Origin: Octopus vulgaris
Taxonomy: Eukaryota
DNA: 64,000 bases
Direction: 5' to 3'
Assembly: GCA_951406725.2 (NCBI GenBank)
Contig: OX597817.1
Coordinates: 60,140,001 to 60,204,000 of the forward strand
The notes beneath the pieces are model-generated. The model did no database searches, was not told the DNA's origin, and was given only the letters and a program-made list of their open reading frames with translations. The position numbers were made by a program, and so were the translations under genes. This document shows, piece by piece, positions 13,085 through 64,000 of this stretch (its first letter is position 1; the number at the start of each line of letters is the position of its first letter).

Positions 13085-13460
13085 CATAATACAGTTCTAT
13101 AGTTAAGAGATGAGGAATTATGTACACTATTTATATTTGACGGATATTTGTCCTCATCTTGTTTGTTAACATTTCGGCTGATATACCCTCCAGCCTTTCT
13201 CAGGTGTCTTGGGGAAATTTCGAACCTAGGTTCTCATTCCTAAGGTATTTTTCGATGTTTTTATTATTATTATTGTTATTCAGGTCACTACCTGGAATCA
13301 AACTCGGAATCTTAGGGTTAATTGCCTGCGCTCTTAACCACTAAGCCATATACCCCAAGACTCCTGATGAAGGCTGGAGGGTATGTCAGCTGAAACGTGT
13401 TAACAACAACAAACAAGATGAGGACAAATATCTGTCAAATGTAAATAATGTAAATAATCT
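13085..13460 (-). mobile_element. tRNA-headed SINE-like element with Penelope-like hammerhead 3' end plus inverted partial repeat
   Basis: Minus-strand A box TGGCTTAGTGG and B-box-like GAGTTTGATTCC (13350-13280), an (AAT)n linker, then gacac-CTGAGAA-aggctg...cagcc-GAAA. The inverted arm at 13354-13456 contains CTGATGA-aggctg...cagct-GAAA. Confidence 0.6.
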
Positions 13461-14039
13461 CGATACAGTATGTCTGAATAATTGGGTTGATTACAACTGG
13501 AATAATTTTGATTGTGTCTACTCAGCCAGGGATGACATTAGGCCAAGAAATGATCATCATTAGAGTACTTGACTGCAGAGAACATGCGAAGGCTTGAAAG
13601 GAATGAGGTCAGCATGCTCCACTGGATGAGCAATGTCAGTGTGCAAGAAGGACAAAATGAGACCTATTATAGATATATATTCGTTTTCTTAGGCCATAGA
13701 ATTCATAAGGCTGGTTTACCTGGTTTCCATGGTGCATATGTGATTGCAATCACAGCAATTTCCCTGAACAGGGATCACAGCAATCTCTCTGAATAGGGAT
13801 TGTTGTGATCTTAGTTATTTATTTTGAGGAAAAGGGACAAGTCAATTATATCCCTGTACTTCATTTTATTGAACCCCTGAAGGAATAAAAAGCAAAGTTG
13901 GTCTTGGCAGGATTTTGAACTCAGAATATAAAGAGCCGGAAGGAATTCTGCTCAACATTTTGTCCAGTGTGTTAGTGATTCTACTATCTCACTGCTTTAT
14001 TATAAAAATAGACTTTTTATCTTATTGATTTCTTGAGCA

Positions 14040-14590
14040 CCATACAAGTGTGATCGTTGCCAGAGCGGCTAACTGGCTTCCATGCCGGTGGCACGTAAAA
14101 GGGCACCATTCGAGCGTGATCATTACCAACATCGCCTTACTGGCACCTGTGCCTGTGGTAGTAGGGTGCCAGTGGCACGTAAAAGGGCACCATTCAAGCG
14201 TGATCGTTACCAACATCGCCTTACTGGCACCTGTGCCCATGCTAGTAGAGTGCCAGAGCGGCTAATTGGCTCCGTGCTGGTGACACATAAAAGGGCACCA
14301 TTCAAGCGTGATCGTTACCAACATCACCTTACTGGCACCTGTGCCGGTGGCATGTGTAAAGAGATTCAAGCAAGGTCATTGCCAGTACCGCCTGACTGGC
14401 CCCCATGCCAGTGGCACGTAAAAAGCACCCACTACATTCTCGGAGTGGTTGGCATTAGGAAGGGCGTCCAGCTGTAGAAACTCTGCCAGATCAGATTGGA
14501 GTCTGGTTCAATAGATCTCAATCAAATTGTCCAACCCATGCTAGCATGGAAAGCAGACATTAAACGATGATGATGATGATGATGATGATT
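14040..14590 (+). repeat. RTE-tail-type repeat with tandem tggcacgtaaaagggcaccattc units and (GAT)n tail
   Basis: 3-4 tandem units. The same family occurs at about 31510-31735, 32570-32830, 40940-41330, 45370-45690 and 49200-49440. Confidence 0.75.
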
Positions 14591-15914
14591 CATTATGTAT
14601 TAAAGCCATAATATTGTATTATTTGTGATGTCTATATGAAATTCATCTTTTGTGTCAATAATCATCAATTTCTTTTGTTTGAATATCATCAAAGCAGCCG
14701 AGTGATTGTTGTTTAATTTGGTTGGAAGCTATGTCGATTAATTGATAAAAAAAGTTTTGTTTTGTGTTACTACATGTATTTAATAAACTAATTGATCCAT
14801 TGTTTCGTTTTGTTTGGTTTTTGTTTTTTTTACATCAGAAACTAAATTATTTTTATGTGTAGGAAATACTTTGGCAGTTTTCCAAATAGAAAAGCAAGTG
14901 TGAGTAATAAAATGTAGAATAATGAGTAATAATGGTTTAACTAACCTAAATATAAATGAATATCTAAATGCATATATCTGTGTGTGTGTGTGTGTGTGTA
15001 TGACTATGTATGTACGTATGTATGAATGTGTATGTATGTATGTATGGATGGATGGATAGATGAATGTGTGTGTATGTAGGTATGTGTGTATGTATGTTTG
15101 TATATGTGTGTGTTGATGTATGTATGTATGTATGTATGTCTACACACACATACACACAAATGTATATATTAAGGTGTAGGTATGACTGTGGTTCAGAAGC
15201 TTGCTTGTCAATCATGGGGTCTTGGACTCAGTCCTACTGCACGGCACTTCGTGCAAGTGTCTTCCACCTTCTACAATTGCCCTCGGCTGACCAAAGCCTT
15301 GTGAGTGACTAAAAGCAAACTGTAAAAAGCTCATCCTATACATACATATGTGTGTGTGCGTGTGTATGTGAGTGTGTATGCTTGTCTTCACATCATGGTT
15401 GTAAATGAGCATCACCTTCATACAAGCGATGTTGTTCATTTTCAGTCTTCCAAGAAAAATATGTCTGGCCAAGGAAGGGAAATATTTCCTTACTTGGAAA
15501 CAGGTAAAGGTTATCAACAGGAATGGCATCCAGCCATAGAAAACCTGTCTTAACATATATTCTGTTTGACCCATGTGAGAATGGAAAAGAGCACATTAAA
15601 CAATTATGATGATGATGATGATGATTTTAAGTGTTAATGGTTGTCTGTCTTGAAATTACATTACCATTTCTCAGTGCTTCTTTTCCAGAATTTGCTCACA
15701 AATCCAGAATCCTCCCAGAAAATAAAACCTGGTCTTCAGTTGATTGAACAACTGAAAGGCCATCGTGGTGGAAACCTATTTTGTACAATTATTGGCGGTA
15801 ACCCTCAATAAGAACTGTTAGTCTGGTTCATGTAGTCTTGGATAGTCGTGGTACCTTGGGCTAACCAAAGCGTTGTGAGTGGACTCGGTAGATGGAAACT
15901 GAAAGAAGCCCATC

Positions 15915-16852
15915 ATATATCATCATCATCGTTTAATGTCCGTTTTCCATGCTGGCCTGGGTTGGACAGTTTGACTGAGGTTTGGAAAGCCAGCGGCTGC
16001 ACCAGGTTCCAATCTGATCTGGCAGAGTTTCTACAGCTGGATGCCCATCCTAATACCAACCACTCTGAGAGTGTAGTGGGTACTTTTTACATGCCACCAG
16101 CACAGGAGCCATTTAGGTGACCTTGGCATTGATCACGTTTGGATAGTGCTTTTTATGTGCATGGGAGCCAGTCAGAGGGCACATTCGAATGGTACATTTT
16201 ACGTGCCACCGGCACAGGAGCCAGTCTGGGGTCATTGGCATTGACCATGTTTGGATGCTGCATTTTATGTACCACCGGCATGGGAGCTGGTCAGGGGTCA
16301 CTGGCCACAGCTACGATTTTGGTTTTTCTTGACTTGGTAGGTCTTTTCAAGCATATTGCTCAATGCATCAAGGGTACTTTTAAATGGGTTGGACATGCAA
16401 CACTGGCATCAGCCATGAATGCTATCTCACTTTAGTTGCCGGGTCTTCTCAATCGCAGCATATCTCCAAAGGTCTTGGACTCCTGTCATTGCCTCTGTGA
16501 GGCCCAATGGAGACATATAGAGAAACTCCGTTCAAAGGTCATGCTTCACCACCTCATCCCATATCTTCCTGGGTCTACCTTTTCCACAGGTTCCTTCCAC
16601 AGTTAGGGAGTGGCACTTCCTCACACAGCTGTCCTCATCCATGCATAACACATGGCCATACCAGTGCAGACGCCTCTCTTGCACACCACATTTGATGCTT
16701 CCTATGTCCAACTTTTCTCTCAATATGCTCAAACTTTGTTGTGTATGCACACTGACATTATGCATCCAGCAGATCAGACTAGCTTCATTTCTTTCTAGCC
16801 TACACATGTCCTCAGCAGTCATGGCCCATGTTTCATTGCCGTGTAGCATGGC
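15915..16852 (-). mobile_element. RTE-clade LINE 3' end with repetitive 3' UTR
   Basis: MLHGNETW...RRLHWYGHV...GRPRKIW, followed by tggcacgtaaaa-gcacc repeat units and a (GAT)n tail. Confidence 0.85.
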
Positions 16853-18499
16853 AGTTTGTGCGTGAGTGTGTGTGTGCACGCGCATGTGTGTGTCTCCTTG
16901 TCTTGACATAATGTGACAGTGGTAAGCAAGTATCACCACCTTTCAGGTGGTGTCCTTCACAGCCAGTTTTCTGAGTCATGTCTGGTCACGAGGAAATATT
17001 ATCTTAGTTGAAAACAGATGAGAGTTTGTGACAGGAAGAGCAACCAGCCGTACAAAATCTACCTCAACAAATTCCATTCAACCCAAGGAAGTATAGGAAA
17101 GCAGATACTAAAACAAAGACGAAGACGACGATGATGATGATACGTGATTACAGTACGTTCATATTAAACGATTACTTATCCATTTCTGTCATTTTTACCT
17201 GTTGTCACTTGTTTCTTCCTCTTTCATGGAGTTAATAACATGGTTACTAGTGTTTGGTATTTTATTTTCATTTTATTTTTTGGACCGTGGGCGTTATTCA
17301 TTTGCTTGACTGGAGATGTACATACAATATTCATGAAACCTATCAAACAGCCTCTAAACATTCAAGTTGCTTGTTAAGTTACAATCAATCATCAATCAAT
17401 CAATCGATCGATCGATACTTGTCATATTGTCGTCATTGCTGCCACAAACATTATTACCGTCACTATTGCCACCACCACCACCACCACCACCACAATATTC
17501 ACCATCACCACTACTGCTGTCACCACCACTAGCAGTAGCAGTAGCTGCCCTTGAATCTGTAATTTCCACTGATTAAATAAAAATAAAAATAAAAAACAAA
17601 TGTTCATCCTCATGTTTTCAGTTCCATTTTCCTATTTGCGTCACTAAACCTATTCTTAACATTGGAATAATTTATTCATGAAGTCATTTATTTATGTGAG
17701 CTATTTTCCTTTTTTTTTAATGTTTTTTGGTTCTCTTTTTCTTTATTAATATTTGATAATCGTGATCAAAGTAACATTGTATATTTCAAAAATCAATGAT
17801 CATGTAAGTTTCAGTAGGGCACATATTGATTTTAAGACGGAATGGCAGAGGTGATTCGTCATAAGTTTACTAGACTTGATTCTTTCCTATTGAGATATAT
17901 CAAAGACAGACATATGCAAGAATACTGCCAGGATTGAAAAACAGATTGGAAATTTCCATCCAAGATGTCTCTGAAATGTCCTGGGAATCAAAATGGTAAG
18001 ACAAGATCACAAACAAATAAGTGCTTCAAAAAGCCAATGTCAGAGACACCTGAGTCTGTTATCAAGGGCTGAGAAATGCAGCTGGCAGGGCATGTCCTAC
18101 AAATGAGGGGCAACCCTAGCAAGAACTGCAACAACATGGTTTTCTTTCAGCTGGTGAGAAGAGACAAAAAGGTAGGCCACAGGAAACCAGGAGATCCAAC
18201 TTAAAAGATGACAAGTGCAGCTGTGGCACAAACTGATTTCAAACTCCAACCCTTATGGAAGACTGAGAAAGATGGAAGGCCATAGTGGCCTGTTGCCACG
18301 AGACTGGTCGAGCCAGATGACCAGTGCAGATGGTGATGGCTGTAAAGTGAAAGCAAAATCCTTGGCAAGCTGAAAAATCTAAGCTATTTCAGCAAACGAT
18401 AAAGGCTCTTACTTTTTATTTACCTCACTGGAAAAGGAAAAATAGCAGTTCATACATATCTTCCCATTCAACCCATGCCAGCATGGAACATGGACACTA

Positions 18500-18555
18500 A
18501 ATGATGATGATGGTGATGATGATGATGGTGATGGTGATGATGATGATGGTGATGG

Positions 18556-18595
<40 letters not shown>

Positions 18596-18625
18596 GAAGA
18601 AGAAGAAAAAGAAGAAGAAGAAGAC
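18500..18625. repeat. (GAT)n/(GAA)n microsatellite
   Basis: Direct reading. Confidence 0.9.
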
Positions 18626-18808
18626 TGAGGGCTGATAAAACTCACCCTACAACCACTAAACTTCTTCAGGATTTAAATGAAGCGACACAATGAGAAATTG
18701 TGACACTCATGTGTTTTCCAAGACCATCTGTCAGCCGATATAAACAAAATACCATACTTGAGGCATTTTAGAAGCATCCAATTTTCAGCAGCATATATGC
18801 AGGAAATG

Positions 18809-19113
18809 GAGGCACATGGTCTAGTGGTTAGAGCAGCGGACTCACAATCGAGAGATTGCAGGTTCGAATCTCAGACCAGGTGATGTGTGTGTTTATGAGC
18901 GAAACACCAAAGCTCCACGCGGCTCCGGCAGAAGAAAATGGCAAACTTCTTCTGACTCTTTCACCACAACTTTCTCTCACTCTTTCCTCCTGCATCTTGC
19001 AGCTCACCTGTGATGGACTGGTGTCCTGCCCAAGCGGGGAACCTATACGCCAACGAAACCTGGGAAACTGACCCTTACGAGCCAGGCGTAGCTGGAGAAG
19101 GAACAAACAACAA
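18809..19113 (+). mobile_element. tRNA-derived SINE, family C
   Basis: A box tggtctagtgg, B box ggttcgaatct, central cctgtgatggactggtgtcc block, (AAC)n tail. Confidence 0.75.
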
Positions 19114-19868
19114 CATATATGCGGGAAAAATAGTTTCCAGTTTATAAAAGGATGCAATCTTTAAATCATCATTTCCCTTCTTCAGTCTGTACAAATTTCT
19201 TCTTAAGACATCCAGATAGAATTTGTTGTAGAGAAATGCGCTGTTACTGAACTAAGGTGAGGCTGAAAAGTAGACAGCAGCAGAGTGCAGCTTCCAGACG
19301 ATGAGTGATTAAGAGAAGGGAATGGAGAGTGTTACAGGTATCTTGGGGTTTTACAATTGGGCCAAATGCTGAATACCAAAATGGAGAAAATTTCTTCTGA
19401 ATATACCAGAAGAATTAAGAAGTTTCATTCTTCTTCTTCTTCTTCTCCTCCTTCTTTTTCATTTTCTCCTCCTCCTCCTCCACCTTATATTCCAATATAT
19501 ACAGACAAAAAGCTGCAACATAACTGTAGGATGGGGGGAGGGGGGGGACTGGGTTTGCATTTTTCTCGTAACCCATTAACTATGGTAATTGCAATTTTGA
19601 AATTGAAATTGGTTTCAGTCAACTTGGTCTGTCCATCAGTGTAGCATTGTATTAAAACTTCCCAATGGATTCATTATTGCCAACAGAGACGTTTGTTTAT
19701 AGTTTTCTCTCATTGTATTAAAACTTTTACTCTTTCACAATTCAACAAAAAGAACCAACAAAATCTGTTTTCCATTTCAGGTGGTTTTAATTCTCTTTAT
19801 ACTTTTCTTTTTTTTTTTTACAGCCCCAACAAATTATTATTTCTTTTAAAAATAAGAATTGTCAATGA

Positions 19869-47544
<27,676 letters not shown>

Positions 47545-47568
47545 TTTCCCTCGGTTTATGTTTCCTCG

Positions 47569-47582
47569 GTTGGCATGGCAAC
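47569..47582. promoter_or_regulatory. RFX X-box upstream of DRC1
   Basis: GTTGGCATGGCAAC is one mismatch from the palindromic X-box GTTGCCATGGCAAC and lies about 25 bp upstream of the ATG of a motile-cilia gene. Confidence 0.75.
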
Positions 47583-47768
47583 AGCTGAAGTTCGAAACTG
47601 ACAAAACAATTAGGTCAAAATAAATCAAGCTAAATTATTTTTTAGAAATACTTATTAATTAATTTGAATAATTATAAAATACCTACTACACGTTGATAAA
47701 CAAAAATAACTTTTTATATACGAAAGTTAGTTAGAAATATATATATATTACCCACAATTCACATCACA

Positions 47769-47778
47769 TTCCTTTCCG
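47769..47778 (+). promoter_or_regulatory. TCT initiator / 5' TOP tract of RPL11
   Basis: TTCCTTTCC pyrimidine tract about 20 nt before the ATG, typical of metazoan ribosomal protein genes. Confidence 0.7.
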
Positions 47779-47789
47779 GTTTAAACAAA

Positions 47790-62182
<14,393 letters not shown>

Positions 62183-62190
62183 TTACATGA

Positions 62191-62196
62191 AATAAA
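62191..62196 (+). terminator. RPL11 polyadenylation signal AATAAA
   Basis: AATAAA 8 nt after the stop codon, followed by a T-rich tract. Confidence 0.7.
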
Positions 62197-62591
62197 CAAA
62201 ATAAATATTCAAATTTTTTTGTTTTAGTTATTTTTTCTTTTTATTTTGAACAATGTCTGAGAAAGTGATTCAATGGTCCAGCTCATGTCAGCATGGAACT
62301 TTAAGATTTTTTTTTATTGCCCACAGAGAGGACAGACAAATGGATTAAATCAATTACATTAACTCCAGTGCATAACTGGTACTTTACTACCCACAAGGGG
62401 CTAAACACAGAGAGGACAGACAAATGGGTTAAGTCATCGATCCCAGTGCGTAACTGGTACTTATTTAATCAACCCCCGAAAGAATGAAAGGCAAAGTCAA
62501 CCTCAGCGGAATTTGAACATAACAGCAGACGAAATACCCATTTTTTTACTACTCGCAAGGGGCTAAACACAGGACAGACAAACAGATTAAT

Positions 62592-64000
62592 CCTTTAGTG
62601 TTCAAACCGGCCAAAATTAATTCCCCTTTATTTGTTCAAACCGGGTCCGGTGTATCCGACAGCTCTACGAAATCACTAGTTTTGAAATAATGCGAGATGA
62701 AGCCTTTCCCGCCTTTATTCAAGTATAAATACTGTGAAATGGTTATTTCCACGTTTGAAGAGAAGTGTATACGTTTGTTGTGAAAGAAATGGCGTCAGCA
62801 AGTAGCGATTCCGACTTTGAAGGTTTTACTATTGATGATTTTGAAGATATCTATGAAAACAAAAGTATTTTGACTTGGGATGAGTCTGATATTGATATCA
62901 GTGATTACTCGTCGGACAAAGAAGATTTCGATAACGAAAGTGATGAAAACGATATTGTAAACAAGGCAACATGGTCGAAAATTACGACACCCAACACAAT
63001 TTCTGATTTTACAGAAAACACTGGTCCACAACATAATTTACCTCCTGATGCTCAACCACTGGACTATCTATTTTTATTTTTGGTTGAAAGTTTTTTTGAA
63101 AATGTTGCGGAGGAAACGAACAAATATGCGCAACATTTAATTTCTGTTCGAGGAAGAAACGATCCGCTATGGCAGCCAACTAACACTGCGGAAATGAGAG
63201 CATTTTTCACAATTAACATTATGTTTGGAGTTAAACAGCTTCCTCGACTGTGTAACTATTGGAGTCCCGATGTAAGGTATGGCGACCCATGTATTTCGAG
63301 CATCATGTCAAAGACGAGGTATTCGAAAATATCTCAGTATTTGCATTTAACTGATTCTGCCAATGCCCCCAACAAAAACGACCTAAACTACGATCCCCTG
63401 TACAAAGTACGTCCCGTGATAAATTTACTTGTAAATAATTATAAAACTGTTTATTTACCTGGGAAGAATCTCAGTGTAGATGAAGCCATGATAGGCTATA
63501 AGGGTAGAGTACATTTTTGGCAGTACATGCCTGCCAAACCTACTAAATGGGGGATCAAGGTATGGGAAGTTTGTGAATCGTAGACGGGATAGTGTAAACT
63601 TTGATGTTTACAAAGGTAAGAAGTATAATGGGAAAAGACGAGACCTGATGTTGTATGGTCTCTTACACAACCTTTTCACCATCAGCACCGACACCTCTAT
63701 TTCGACCGTTTTTTTTTTCTTCAGTGGCTTTGAAATAAAAACAAAATTTTATAAAAAGAGGGGACATTTTGCAAATACAAAATTAAAATTTATTAGTTAC
63801 TGCTTTTAAAGACAAAAGACAGATTTTATTTCTGTCTTCTAACGAACAACCTGGTGTTGGTGCTGAGGGGAAACCCCTCGTGAATATTTTTTACAACAAA
63901 TATATGGGTGGGGTAGGTAAATCCGACCAATATCGGGCATATTACCCAGTTGGTCGACCTGGGAAGAAATGGTGGAGGTACATTTTGTGGTTTTTAGTTA
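62592..64000 (+). mobile_element. piggyBac (PGBD4-like) element with disrupted transposase, runs off the window
   Basis: TTAA-tcctttag left end at 62588. ORF 62789-63583 has an acidic N-terminus, ETNKYA, DPLYKVRP and LSVDEAMIGYKGR..YMPAKPTKWGIK. After the stop come out-of-frame HLYFDRFF and YNKYMGGVGKSDQ...KKWW. Confidence 0.9.
62789..63583 (+). pseudogene. Truncated piggyBac transposase ORF (264 aa)
   Basis: Ends at a premature TAG after the first catalytic D; the downstream region is deleted/frameshifted and the MGGVD motif reads MGGVG. Confidence 0.8.

Noticed and set aside
12030-13565. About 105-bp direct repeat (12040-12143 and 13463-13565) as LTRs of a retrotransposon
   Set aside because: No TG...CA ends, PBS or PPT; the enclosed pieces are unrelated LINE fragments in opposite orientations
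14040-14430. Regularly spaced repeats resembling a CRISPR array
   Set aside because: Eukaryotic context, the spacers are themselves repeated, there are no cas genes, and the same units occur in the 3' tail of the RTE LINE at 15.9-16.4 kb
18809-18880. Possible tRNA gene
   Set aside because: Has A and B boxes but no convincing cloverleaf, and continues into a SINE body and tail
47545-47628. Longer N-terminal extension of DRC1 given by the ORF track
   Set aside because: Starts at a non-ATG codon and overlaps the X-box promoter region; the first in-frame ATG is at 47544

Overview
AT-rich, microsatellite- and SINE-dense eukaryotic DNA. The repeat families look like those of an octopus/coleoid cephalopod; this is inference, not proven from the window. 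Two complete spliced genes sit head-to-head, with ATGs 245 bp apart. DRC1/CCDC164 (dynein regulatory complex subunit 1) is on the minus strand: 19 coding exons, 47544->19869, about 795 aa, with an RFX X-box just upstream. RPL11 (uL5) is on the plus strand: 6 exons, 47790->62182, 180 aa, with a TCT/TOP-type start. RPL11 intron 4 has a local segmental duplication carrying five predicted box H/ACA snoRNAs of two paralogous types. The rest is transposon-derived: two decayed mariner elements, a decayed piggyBac transposase, a non-autonomous Helitron, RTE/CR1/CRE LINE fragments, MITEs and several tRNA-derived SINE families. The most unusual signals are hammerhead-ribozyme motifs in mobile elements. 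One is a Penelope-type hammerhead with an about 85-nt stem II insertion at 28.05-28.18 kb. The other is a tRNA-headed, SINE-like element ending in a Penelope-like hammerhead repeat, with an inverted partial copy, at 13.1-13.46 kb. All exon, RNA-structure and repeat calls were made by eye; repeat boundaries are approximate.
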